The notes beneath the pieces were generated by a model. The model did no database searches. It was not told where the DNA came from and worked only from the letters and a program-made list of their open reading frames with translations. A DNA stretch of 64,000 nucleotides from Macrostomum lignano. Lineage: Eukaryota. The stretch lies in the NCBI GenBank assembly GCA_002269645.1, contig NIVC01001135.1, positions 289,579-353,578 on the forward strand, in the 5' to 3' direction. The stretch's first letter is position 1. Each line of letters starts with the position of its first letter. Positions 51,251 to 62,777 of this stretch are shown in pieces. A program made the translations under genes and the position numbers.

Positions 51251-54200
51251 TTACACTTGCACAGAAGTTATTGCTGAAGGCGGCTCCTTGCCGCTTCTTT
51301 CCAGTGGAACTGCGTCACTGTCCACCGAATCTCCTCTGTCGTGACGCTCCGTAGTCTCCGAGGTCTCAATCCGCTGCGCAGGATCTGAGTGTACATCTCC
51401 GTCTCTACTATTGTTGGATGTTACTCCGCCTTCCTCCACGAAGACGGTTGACTCGGCTTTCTCGGCGTCCGACTGTGGAATCCTTGCGTCCATTGCGGCC
51501 GCGCAGGTGCAGTGGCTCCACGTGTTGCAGCCGGTTCGGAGACGATCGCTGAAATAAAATGTTTGATACAAGCAGCGTTCGCAGGCTCCAAATGGAATTG
51601 GGCAAGACAGTAGTCAAGCAACAAGAAGGCAATTAGGAATGTCGCGCACACGTACAGGGTTCACTTTGGCTTTCTCGTCGTCCGGCTTGTACTCACTGTG
51701 CCTTTGGGGTCGGATTGCACAACATACAGTGATGCTTATACTGCAGCTCACTGTGTGTGCCTTTGGGGTCGGCCTTCTTAGGAGGGATTGCACAACATAC
51801 AGTGATGCTTATACTGCAGCTCAGTGTGTGCCTTTGGGGTTGGCCTTCTTAGGAGGGATTGCACAGCATACAGTGATGCTTATACTGCAGCTCAGTGTGT
51901 GCCTTTGGGGTTGGCCTTCTTAGGAGGGATTGCACAGCATACAGTGATGCTTATACTGCAGCTCACTGTGTGTGCCTTTGGGGTTGGCCTTCTTAGGAGG
52001 GATTGCACAACATACAGTGATGCTTATACTGCAGCTCACTGTGTGTGCCTTTGGGGTTGGCCTTCTTAGGAGGGATTGCACAGCATACAGTGATGCTTAT
52101 ACTGCAGCTCACTGTGTGTGCCTTTGGGGTTGGCCTTCTTAGGAGGGATTGCACAACATACAGTGATGCTTATACTGCAGCTCACTGTGTGTGCCTTTGG
52201 GGTCGGCCTTCTTAGGAGGGATTGCACAACATACTGTAATCTTATACTGCAGTCGAGCTGCAGGTCAATCTAAACCGTACTAAGCCTACCTAAGCCTCGC
52301 ATGCAGTTTATTTACTTTCCTTTGACTAAAAGCTTACAGAATGAACTCGCCGGTATAAAGCAGCGACACTCCAGCGTCCGGAATGCCCAGATTGGACAGG
52401 ATGCCGATAATTACGATGATGCTGGAGCTCGGCACCGAAGGTAGGGACAAGCCGGACACGCCCGCAAGGAATCTGGAAAATTTTAGGACGCTGAAACGAC
52501 TATGACGATACAGTAGTGCGTAATTTGCAACTCATATATACGAGGATTTATTGCTGAGGATATGCACCAACTTACTGCAAGTAGGAACGCAAGGATATGA
52601 GAAAATTACAGATTGGCTTTGAGGCAGCGTAAACCTGCAATGCTGCTTTTGGGCCTTACAAGTATATAGAAATATTTGCAGGAGGGCTCTGGGTACCTTG
52701 TCGCAATTCCTTCCGGTTACATTCCGGAGACAATTCTGCATATTTCAACTCACTCCTGGGCACATGCAAGCGCGCCAACACTGTACGCAGGCACGCACTC
52801 ATACGCATGCTCACACAGGGTGTGCCGACGCCCTGACTTTCTAATCGTCAGGCATGTACACTCTGTTTGGGGGGGGGTACGCCAGTTTTTGTACACAAGA
52901 CCCGAATCAAACCAGGGGTTGTGGCGAGTCAGCTACTCCGCTTTACAGGTGAAGGGCTTCGAATCAACAAAATTAATTCTTAAGTAACTTTCTTACACAA
53001 TTAATATGTAGTTTCCAAAGCTAAGTGGCGTGCCAGTCAGCTGAGCCAAGAATGTCACTGAGGCGGCTATGTAGGCGCACGACCCGTCCGAGTTAGTGTT
53101 GCAGCACAGCGGCAGGATGAACCGGGAGATGCGAGGGCGGAGACCCGCGTTGTCGGCGCATTCAAGCATCACTGGCAGGGCTGAGACGCTGAATAAAGTG
53201 CGAGAGGTGCAAAGCAGGACTGAGGGAGGTGTTGCAGGAGTGAGGGAGGTATTGCAGGAGTGAGGGAGGTGTTGCAGGAGTGAGGGAGGTGTTGCAGGAG
53301 TGAGGGAGGTGTTGCGGGAGTGAGGGAGGTGTTGCAGGAGTGAGGGAGGTATTGCAGGAGTGAGGGAGGTGTTGCAGGAGTGAGGGAGGTGTTGCAGGAG
53401 TGAGGGAGGTGTTGCAGGAGTGAGGGAGGTGTTGCAGGAGTGAGGGAGCTTTTGCTGGATGCAGGTGTAAAAGAGGTGTTGCAGGTGTAAAAGAGGCGTT
53501 GCAGGTGTAAAAGAGGCGTTGCAGGTGTAAAAGAGGTGTTGCAGGTGTAAAAGAGGCGTTGCAGGTGTAAAAGAGGCGTTGCAGGTGTAAAAGAGGCGTT
53601 GCAGGTGTAAAAGAGGTGTTGCAGGTGTAAAAGAGGTGTTGCAGGTGTAAAAGAGGTGTTGCAGGTGTAAAAGAGGTGTTGCAGGTGTAAAAGAGGTGTT
53701 GCAGGTGTAAAAGAGGTGTTGCAGGTGTAAAAGAGGTGTTGCAGGTGTAAAAGAGGTGTTGCAGGTGTAAAAGAGGTGTTGCAGGTGTAAAAGAGGTGTT
53801 GCAGGTGTAAAAGAGGTGTTGCAGGTGTAAAAGAGGTGTTGCAGGTGTAAAAGAGGTGTTGCAGGAGTGAGGGAGGGGTTGAGCTGGAGTTGGAAGCTTT
53901 TAGTTTCAGGCCAAAGTTTTACGTGGCTTAGAAAGCAAAGCAATGATATATTTTTTTCAAGTACTTCTACAATACTTTTTTTAAGAACAGGTTAACACTA
54001 GCAATCCAGCCCGTTTGGGGAGCGCAAAAATGAAAATGAAAATATGGCTGAAAATAACAAAGAATGGACCCATGCTTCCAGTAAGCCTTGACATCCCAGC
54101 AATTCCCCATGAGCCTTGACATCCCAGCAATTCCCCATAAGCCTTGACATCCCAGCAATTCCCCATAAGCCTTGACATCCCAGCAATTCCCCATAAGCCT

Positions 54201-56122
54201 TGACATCCCAGCAATTCCCGAATAAGTCTTGACATCCCAGTAATTCCAAGTAAGCCTCGACGTCTCAGCAATTCCTCTAATAAGCCATGAAATCTTAGAA
54301 ATTTTCCCACCAAGCCTTGGAGTCTGAGCAATTTCCCATAAGCCTTGACATCCGTGCAACTCCTCCCATTAGCCTCGACGTCTCAGCAATTCCCCCAGCT
54401 GTTAGCCTCATCCCAGCAATTCCCCCAGTAAGCCTTGACATCCCAGCAATTCCCCATAAGCCTTGACAATGACATCTTAGCAGTGAAATGTGTAAGCGTT
54501 GACATTTCAACAACCCCCATAAGCCTTGAAATCTCAGCAATTTCCCATAAGCCTTGACATCTTGGTATAAAAGAGGTGTTGCAGGTGTAAAAGAGGTGTT
54601 GCAGGTGTAAAAGAGGTGTTGCAGGCGTAAAAGAGGTGTTGCAGGTGTAAAAGAGGTGTTGCAGGTGTAAAAGAGGTGTTGCAGGAGTGAGGGGGGGTTG
54701 AGCTGGAGTTGGAAGCTTGTAGTTTCAGGCCAAAGTTTTATGTGGCTTAGAAAGCAAAGCAATGATATATTTTTTTCAAGTACTTCTACAATACTCTTTT
54801 TAAGAACAGGTTAACATTACTTAATCTACCTGCTATTAGCGCTGAATGCCACCAGGTAGGCCTTCATCATTTTCCAATAAAAAGGAAACGGATTACGACG
54901 GGCGAAAGCCAGAAACATGGCCAGGTGCACAATGAACTGATTGATAGTTAGAGCTGCCACCACTGTACCAATGAAGGTGCCGAGACTGATGAAGGTCTGC
55001 TCCATGTCCTGAACCTCGGCCAGTGATTTTGCTATGAGGCTCATCAAACCAAGCGGAAGACACCTGTTTGGTAAGGAATTGAGGTGCGAATGACCTTGCT
55101 GCATTCTTTCCCGAACATTATTACGTATTTCACCTTAGTTTCAGACAGAGGTTGAGCTCATTCGGACTCACCAAATGACTTTGCTCAGCAGCAGGATAGT
55201 CGCCCTTGTAACCGCGTCGAAAAATTCTCGAAAGGTCTCCGCACTTCGACTACCCATAGCCGATGTGGCCAGTCCGAAAAGTACACTCACAAAGAGCGCT
55301 CCAAGGATGTTCATGCCGCGGCTGGTGCCGTTCTGTCGAACAAAAACTGTGCTACCGTTTTGCAACTGCGGAGTGTAGACTGTTTGGCTCTGAAGTGGAC
55401 AACATTTCAGAAAATATAATTAGCAGCCTAAGATATCAGCATGCCTGTGATTTTTGGCATCAAATGACTACCCTCACTCTCCCTTTGATCTGCTTTGCTT
55501 CCAGTTGACCCTGGGCATCTCAGCAATCCCGCATGACCCACACCAATTCAGCGACCCCCCTCGTGAGCTTTGTGATCTCAGCCATTCTCCCCAAGAGTCA
55601 GCATTTCAGTGATCTCCCATGAGCCTTGACAACTTAGCAATTCCCCAATAATTAGTCTTCTATGTTCGGCAGGCGATTCTTTTATGGTTTAACCCTAACT
55701 CCAGGCTCAAAATTCCAGCAATCGTCCCACAAGTCTTGACGTCTCAGCCATTTCCCATGAGCTTAACATGTGCCAAGCCCATACCCAAAATAATGACGCC
55801 ACACAGGAAATCGAGTTCAGATCCTCTTGGTATCAGAGACGGTTCGATACCGCTCTGGCAAAGCCCCTCGGATTTAGTTTTTCAGTTTAGCCTTTCGCCT
55901 GTTATCCAGTAAACACGATTTTTGCACTCAATATAATTTCCAAGTTAAGTTTATACCGTCTCGAAAGCCATGGTGATGATGTTGTCCGGTATCAGGTTTC
56001 TAAAATGCAGTATAGGAGAAACATAGTGCTCTGTTTATTGTAAAAAACTATCGAGTAAAGAGTGCCTTAATTTCAGACGGCTCAACCTGAAAAGATCCGT
56101 CAGGATGTCAGATGTGGTGAGT
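51251..56122 (-). CDS. SLC1 (EAAT/dicarboxylate:cation symporter family) transporter; 3' seven exons, 5' exons not found
   Basis: Phase-consistent GT-AG exons 56122-56087, 55999-55957, 55389-55172, 55063-54830, 53188-52997, 52472-52338, 51548-51251 give DILTDLFRNLIPDNII, GMNILG, RRNPF, AFSANSSVSALP, RISRFILPLCCNTNSDGS, SVPSSS, LGIP, EFILDRLRTGCN. Confidence 0.9.
51694..52249. repeat. 71-73 bp intronic tandem repeat
   Basis: About 7.5 copies of (CA)CTGTGTGTGCCTTTGGGGTTGGCCTTCTTAGGAGGGATTGCACAGCATACAGTGATGCTTATACTGCAGCT. Confidence 0.95.
53220..53872. repeat. Two adjoining 20-bp minisatellites sharing the core GAGGTGTTGCAG
   Basis: (GAGGTGTTGCAGGAGTGAGG)n to about 53445, then (GAGGTGTTGCAGGTGTAAAA)n. 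Confidence 0.95.
54079..54560. repeat. 28-bp minisatellite (AGCCTTGACATCCCAGCAATTCCCCATA)n between duplicated flanks
   Basis: Tandem copies, degenerate at the 3' end. Segments of about 53760-53998 and 54570-54817 are near-identical direct repeats. Degenerate copies recur at 55510-55770. Confidence 0.9.
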
Positions 56123-56779
56123 CTGAGTAGTATACGTTTTTTTGACACAAAGCCGATTTCCTTATGGCGAAATACATAGTAAGTACAGGCCCAAAAAAAT
56201 GGCAGAGTCCGAAATTTCATGTGCACGCAGTCTGAAATTCCATGTGCACGCAGTCTGAAATTCCAAGTGCACGCTAAATATCTTTTACGCAACGTGATTA
56301 TTCAGACGAATTGCATATCCACCTGTCCAAAATACAAGTAACCGATTCTAGCAATGGTGACACAAACACACTTCAAAGGATTCCATTCAAGACAAATTTA
56401 CTCCAAAGCTATTCACACATTTCAAGTGTTATTGAAATATTGAAAACTTGTGAATATTATCACCCTTTTGAAGAAAGATAGTAAATGATCTATTCTTGAG
56501 TGCCTATAGAATTTTTGCACCAACTTGAGCAGATGGTTTACAGATACTATGTCAACAACTGCGTCAACATGCTTCTTCTTTATACTATATATATATACGA
56601 ACACACTGACACAGAAAATATTAAATAACTTAAACCAAGTTTACATTATACTACTTGTTCAACTATACTTACATCTTAAGTGAAATGAAGCGATCACGTC
56701 AGCAGGAATTGGCCGAGCGCTATGTTAAACAAGGTAAGATAATCACCTACTCTAGTTCAGTTTTCTTTTTTAGATTGAC

Positions 56780-56980
56780 TGTTCGCTATAGTTTAGTTTC
56801 TAGATTGATTGTTAGTTCGGTTTCTGTTTAGACCGATCCTCTGTTTGTTCAGTCTCTAGATTGATTTTCTGCTAGTTCGGTTTCTGTTTAGACTAATACT
56901 CTGCTAGTTCAGAATTTCTAGATTGATTGTCTGCTAGTTCGGTTTCTGTTTAGACTGATTCTCTGCTAGTTCAGTTTCTA
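56780..56980. repeat. About 60-62 bp degenerate tandem repeat
   Basis: GTTCGGTTTCTGTTTAGAC at 56815, 56875 and 56937. Confidence 0.85.
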
Positions 56981-56994
56981 TATACATTGTATAC

Positions 56995-57546
56995 ATGCAC
57001 CTATACCAAATTTCCCTCATCTTATCCATTATTATAGCATTCAAGAATGGTTTCTTCACGCGGCCACCTCCAGATCAGTGCAAACGCATTTGCCACGACA
57101 CCACCACATCCAATTCTGCTGCAAGAGCATCATATTCTACATCTCTCGCCAGAGTAACCTCGATTCATGTCGAGAGACAGACAACTGAGCTAGATCGCAT
57201 TTACACAAGAACTGATGTTATTCAGTCAATTAGGCAGCAATCGAACCCACGACCAACTGACCAACTGCAGTATGCACCACCACCACCATCACCAACCAGC
57301 TACAATGACCCAACAAAGCAAACTTGCAGTAAGCCTACAAGTACCAAACCAACGACAGCAACTGAAACACCATCATCATCAATTGCTATTTCTACCCAAG
57401 TTCAACCGCTGCTAAACTCGCCAATTATTGTACAGAAGGACATCAAGTCTGTAAAAGTCTCTCAAATGAGCACAGGCTTCTACCAAGTAGAATTAGCAAA
57501 GACCTGTAATACAACTCAAGTATTTGAATATTGGGACCTATCTTAA
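56995..57546 (+). CDS. Hypothetical 183-aa protein with a hydrophobic N-terminus and a Pro/Thr/Ser-rich stalk
   Basis: ATG-initiated ORF in AT-rich context; no family recognised. Confidence 0.45.
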   Translation: MHLYQISLILSIIIAFKNGFFTRPPPDQCKRICHDTTTSNSAARASYSTSLARVTSIHVERQTTELDRIYTRTDVIQSIRQQSNPRPTDQLQYAPPPPSPTSYNDPTKQTCSKPTSTKPTTATETPSSSIAISTQVQPLLNSPIIVQKDIKSVKVSQMSTGFYQVELAKTCNTTQVFEYWDLS

Positions 57547-57799
57547 AAAGACATTTTTTCTAACTCTTCATAAAATTTTGCCAGCAATGTGTCCAAGTAA
57601 TTGCTCTTTTAGTATATATCAAACAAGTCTGTAATCAATAATATAATCTCTATAAATTCATTATTCTAAAAAATTCTTTCAATTTTATTCGCCATTCATT
57701 GAAATTATTTAATTCAATATAAAGTCAATATCTTGTACAGTCATCATTAAACAAAAATTATTAATCCATGCAAATAATTTTTTTTTCATACGTTTCTTT

Positions 57800-58492
57800 A
57801 GCCATGGTCTGGCTTTTGCCTCAACAGTATGATTTAGCTGTGGTCCAGCTTTTGCCTCAACAGTATGATTTAGCTGTGGTCCAGCTTTTGCCTCAACAGT
57901 TTTTAGCCGTGGTCCGGCTTTTTTGCCTCAGCAGTATGATTTAGCTGTGGTCTAGCTTAAAACTGCATCAACAGTGATTTAGCTATAGTCCAGGCTTAAC
58001 TACCTCAACGATGATTTAGCTATAGTCAAGGCTTAACTGTCTCAACAGTAATTTTAGCTGTTGTCCAGACTTAACTGCCTCAACAGTGATTTTAGCTGTG
58101 GTCCAGGCAACTGTCTCAACAGGGATTTAGCTGTAGTCCGATTAGCTTAACTGTCCAGTTATTTAGCTGTGAGCCAAGCAGCAGCACCCGTCTCAACAGT
58201 GAGAATTAGCTATGGTCAGCTTTACCTCAACTGTGATTTGGCTGCTGTGGTCTAGCATAACTGACTCAACAGTAATTTTAGCTGTAGTCGTCCAGCTTAA
58301 CCACCCGTCCAGTTTTATAACCATGGTCCAGCTTAACCACCGTCTCAACGTACAGCGATTTAGTCGTGGTCCAGCTTAACCGTCTCAACGTACAGTGATT
58401 TAGCCATGGGTCTAGTAGCAATTAACCGTATCAATAGTGATTTAGCCGTGGTCCAGCTTAACTGTCTCAACACAGTAATTTAGCTTAGTCCA
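57800..58492. repeat. Degenerate array of about 36-bp units with two mini-hairpins per unit
   Basis: About 19 copies of consensus GATTTAGCTGTGGTCCAGCTTAACTGTCTCAACAGT. Confidence 0.9.
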
Positions 58493-59195
58493 AACAGCAT
58501 TTGTGTGTCAACTGCACTGACTGCATGCGGTTATAGCAGCGGCAGTCATTATAGTCCCAACAAGCTGCGCGTCGCAGCATGATAGTGTAACTCTATATAG
58601 CTTCTGCTCAATATAGGACTGCAAAAGCTGAGTTACAACTATACCTTTTTCTGTTTGAAAAGTAACACTCTATATATAGGTTACTCAAGCAATCTCTTGT
58701 CACCGTGCGAGCTAAAAAATTCCAACATGCAAGCAAAACTTTCAATAAATTAATTTCATAGCACCGCGTGCAGCTTATTTTTACTCTAAAATCCAAGATT
58801 GCTAATTTTTCAAGTCGCAAAATATTTTAATTACATTCTACTTGAGAACAAAACCAATCTAATGAAGCAGCAACCAGCAGTCTTCTTATTAAACGCTTGC
58901 CATCGTGTTACTCTTGCAAATTTATAACTAGTGTGCCTAAGATTCATAAATTTTATTGTATAAAATATGAACCTACATTTGCGTAAAATTAGACCTAATC
59001 ATGCAACCCACCCTAGAAACTTATGCCACCTTTGGCACGCAACAATGTCTTAATCAGCACGCAACAATTAAATTTGTTTACTAGTTCACAAACAGCATGC
59101 AATGCTTGCTATAAATACAAGACCCGAAATGGTCAATTTTTCATGAGCTCAATCATTACAGCAAAAGAAATACTATATTCAATTGCTTGTAAGAC

Positions 59196-60394
59196 ATGGC
59201 AGCTTGCATCAAGACGGAGTCAATTGTACGCTCCGACTCGAGTCCGATTTTTTACGTTGGAGAGCAGTCTACAACCACGACTGGTTCGTCCTGCCAGTTT
59301 CGATCTATTACGTGGAAACCATCAATCGAGTGTACAAAATGGTACCCAATTATATTGCAAACCAAGGCTCCAATGGAGCTTTTTCGTGGAATCGCAGAAA
59401 GGCCAGAGCTCGATCATCCGTCTTGCAGACACGACTCTCGCGACGCAGTAAGTGTCCAATTTCATCCAGACAGCTGCGATAAGGAACTCTTCCACTCTCT
59501 CCGGTGAGCACCATATTAAATTTATACAATTAATTTTAGGAAACTATATTAATAATTTATATAATGTTTTGCAGTCAAGTCGAAAAAGGTCTATCGGTCA
59601 AGTTGAACGAGATTCAAGATGCTCGACCCTTGGCACGACTAACAAAACCAGCTCATCAGCATGCTAACGACGTCCTCGAGTTTGTGCCTCAACAATGGCT
59701 GGCTATAAAGCCTGCTTACCCTTGTGCCACAATCAGGATCAGCAACGATCATCCACACGGGAAGGAGGTGTCCATTTCCGATTTCAAAGGTGTCAGCGGT
59801 ACCTACCAAATGACAGTGCAAGCAACGAGCTTGTATTGTCCAAAAGGCTGCCTCGTCTGGCGCATTACATTCGCTGTGCGCTCTCTGACACTCATAGAAT
59901 CTTCCGACAACATGTTGCAGCGCCTCGACATGTTCAAGGGAGTGCTTGCACACCTACCCGCGACCAAGTCAGCAATTAGAAGCAGGAGTCCGTCCCCAAC
60001 ATCTACCTGTGAGCAAGAAGAAGCAAATGAACAAAGCCTGCAGAATTCAAGCCAGGTGACACCTGCCAAGTCACCTGCAAAGCGTCGGTCTACCACCACC
60101 GTATCGAAGAAGTCGACTACATCGAATGCAGCGCCAGCCTCTATTGAACCGCCGCCTAAAAAGCAAGTTCGAAAACGCAGCGGTGCAAAACAGCAAAACA
60201 ATTCTGCCGAAGCTGGTGCAGATGGCACAGACTGGGTGGAGGCTCCACCAGCAAAGATCTTGGTGAGTACACCTGCCTCTGGAACCAGGGTAGCGTCCAA
60301 GGAGACAGCATTTTTAAAGCGTGCTGCTGCGGACGCTACTACAGCTAGCGTGTCTTCATCGGACGACTCGTACAGCAGCTCTGATGATGAGTAA
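59196..60394 (+). CDS. Putative OB-fold single-stranded-DNA-binding protein (DUF2738/large-DNA-virus type), 2 exons (59196-59503, 59575-60394), about 375 aa
   Basis: A 71-bp AT-rich GTGAGC...TTTTGCAG intron joins two ORFs in phase (CG|T). PIILQTKAPMELFRGI resembles the LQTP.M..PFG motif; TVQATSLY...WRITFAVRSLTL resembles the last OB strands; acidic tail SSSDDSYSSSDDE. Confidence 0.55.
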
Positions 60395-60604
60395 CAAAAT
60401 GTTTGACTAATTTTATCCAAGTTTTAACTAACTTATTCCACTATATTTATCAAATTTTTGGCTAGGGAAATATTATTTTTTAGGGAAAAGCTCAAAACAT
60501 TTTTTGCTACTCCTTGTACGCTAACCAGGTTTTGTAATTTAATATTAGAATTTACGATAGTATAGTCATGTTTAACTTTTCTTATTATTTATTTTCCGTT
60601 TTAG

Positions 60605-61162
60605 CGACTTGTCCTATTAATAGTTACTGCGAGTCTGAAGCTGCACCCGTTTGAAAAATTTGATTTAAAGCAGACCAAACAGAAGCTACAGACCAGAAAC
60701 CGGTTTTGCAAACTATTCCTAAGCCGACCAACAATGCTAAAGACAATTTATTCAAACGCAAAAATCCAACTTTATCCAGCAGGAAAACTAACTATATATG
60801 GCTGTAAATCAAATTCTCAGATAGTCTCAGTTTTACGATTTATCAACGACACTATTAATTGTGTAGATTTTGATTCAGTAAAAATTCAGAGCAGTACCTA
60901 TGTCGGCTTTATTGGTCATCTTTGGCCAAAATTCGGTTTCTCTAGTCTAAAAAGATATGCAGGCTACTATTCGAATTATCTGGTTGGATACGATGCAGAA
61001 AATTTCCCACAAGCAGTTTCTGTTAGATCAGCATCAAAACCAAGGCTTTTTTGTAACATATTTTTTTCGAAAAAGTTTGTTATTATGGGCGTTCAAAACA
61101 CTCATGAATTGAATAATATTCTTAACCATGTCAAGGATTTTTTAATCTCTGTTAATAACTAA
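60605..61162 (+). CDS. Divergent TATA-binding-protein-like (two TBP repeats); reading frame opens at 60605 after a splice acceptor, first ATG at 60734
   Basis: IVTASLKL..FDLK ~ IVSTVNLGCKLDLK; AKIQLYPAGKLTIYGCKS ~ TTALIFSSGKMVCTGAKS; VKIQSSTYVG ~ FKIQNMVGSC; YDAENFPQAV ~ YEPELFPGLI; KPRLFCNIFFSKKFVIMGV ~ KPRIVLLIFVSGKVVLTGA. Confidence 0.75.
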   Translation, partial: RLVLLIVTASLKLHPFEKFDLKQTKQKLQTRNRFCKLFLSRPTMLKTIYSNAKIQLYPAGKLTIYGCKSNSQIVSVLRFINDTINCVDFDSVKIQSSTYVGFIGHLWPKFGFSSLKRYAGYYSNYLVGYDAENFPQAVSVRSASKPRLFCNIFFSKKFVIMGVQNTHELNNILNHVKDFLISVNN

Positions 61163-61385
61163 ACTTAACAAGTAAACAATTGCTGTCAAATCGCAGTTGC
61201 GATGCATTCTTTTACAAACATTTTGTCTTTTTTTATTTATTTACCAATTGTTTTCTCTAATAGTAAACGTGTCAGCTATACCTATAACTAACCAAATCAT
61301 CATTTTTCTTACAGCCGCAAATGACAAACCGGATCATCTATTAATATTATGCTCGATACGCTCGTTGTCGAGCTAGGTGCACACA

Positions 61386-62122
61386 ATGCCGCGTGCACAA
61401 TGCCAAATCTGCAGAAAAAAGTTCAGTAATCAAGCCGAGCTGCATGCTCACTCGCATGGTGCTTGTTTTTCACCGCAACGATTACTGACCGGATCGCTGC
61501 AAAACCTGATCGAAAACCCACCAGATGGGTGGTCCATCGCTTTGCGCGAGTCAGCTCATCGTGGTCGGGTAAATTTTGTCGAATTTACTCCCACTCTTGA
61601 ACAACAAGGCAACAGCTCTGGCGAGTTACTTCCTGGCGAGTTGATTGCGTCTTTAAGAGAACCAATATTTAAAATATTGGAAAAAATTGGCTCACCCAGT
61701 TTATTAATAAGAGTCTGCTTTCACTTGAAAGTGACACTATTTCGACCGAAAACAGCAGCAGACGACAACGATGGCTCGAGCAGCGAAGAGATCATTTCGG
61801 TCTATTTTAATACCAACATTGCGACAATATCATTTGATGAGACGATTGCAAACAGTGACATGCTGTTATCTCCCGAGGCCTACAATGACTGGTTCGCACG
61901 CGTTATTAATCAGTTGTTAATAAAAATTGACAATTTTCAATCTCGAGGTAGTAATTGGCAATATAGAGCAATCGAGCAGCTAGACTTGATGCTCTGCGTT
62001 TATCGCAAAAGCCATGCAAGCACACTGTCAACAAATACGTCCCACGGTGGTGTGGGGGGGGCGGCGGCAGTGGTGGTGGTGGCGGCGGTGGTGGTGGTGG
62101 TGGTGGCGGCGGTGGTGGTGGT

Positions 62123-62154
<32 letters not shown>

Positions 62155-62270
62155 GCGCGGGGAGTCCGGTCCAGTCCGGTCCGGTCCAGTCCGGTCCGGT
62201 CTGGTTAAGCAGCAATCGTTTAAAGTTCCAGTCTCAATCGGTCGCAAAGCTGGAGCAGTACTGCTTCTAA
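61386..62270 (+). CDS. C2H2 zinc finger + GSxW-motif protein resembling the N-terminal region of Polinton pPolB; low-complexity tail
   Basis: CQICRKKFSNQAELHAH (C2H2); IDNFQSRGSNWQYRAIEQLDL resembles the F...GSGW....I..L.L motif of Polinton polymerase-associated ORFs. No exonuclease or polymerase domain follows. Confidence 0.55.
62050..62202. repeat. (GGT/GGC)n trinucleotide tract followed by (GTCCG/GTCCA)n pentamers
   Basis: Seen directly. Confidence 0.9.
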
Positions 62271-62777
62271 AGCCGCACAGAGCAGTTTAAAGCATCAAGA
62301 CTATTTAAGAGTCTTACACAAGCGACAACTTGTGTTTTCGCGCATGCAGTCCATTCGTTCTCGAAAACAGAAAGTTTTTTTTTGATGCAACAAAGAAAAC
62401 TTGCACTAAGCTTCTTCGATACGAAGCGATCCTGGACAAGTTCAATTAATTCGCTACCCTTTGGACACTGGCACTTGGCTAATTAATTAACAATATGCTC
62501 TGATCTCTTTTGTTGTACAAAGTAATAGCATGCTATAGAAGACTGTAACCCATCATTAATTTTTTCATTGATCATTATTTACAATAAATAAATGATACCG
62601 GCATTCGTTTAAATTATAATTTTAGCACTTTTTTGTGTTTAATTATTTGAAAAAGTATATTTTTATAGTTAGATTCTCAAGACTAAGCTTGTGTTTGTAG
62701 TAGACGTAAATGTAGTGCTATCGTTCATGTTTCAAGAAAAAAAACTTTTTTTTAAACTTTCAGCTACAAGAATCGAC

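Noticed and set aside
52993-53943. 316-aa ORF as a single gene
   Set aside because: Only 53188-52997 is a real SLC1 exon; the rest is translated 20-bp minisatellite.
56290-56760. Polinton terminal inverted repeat (AGT/AG-repeat end)
   Set aside because: No (AGT)n or (AG)n terminus or candidate TSD could be identified, so the left boundary remains undefined.
61906-62247. Minus-strand poly-proline ORF
   Set aside because: Antisense reading of a (GGT/GGC)n tract.
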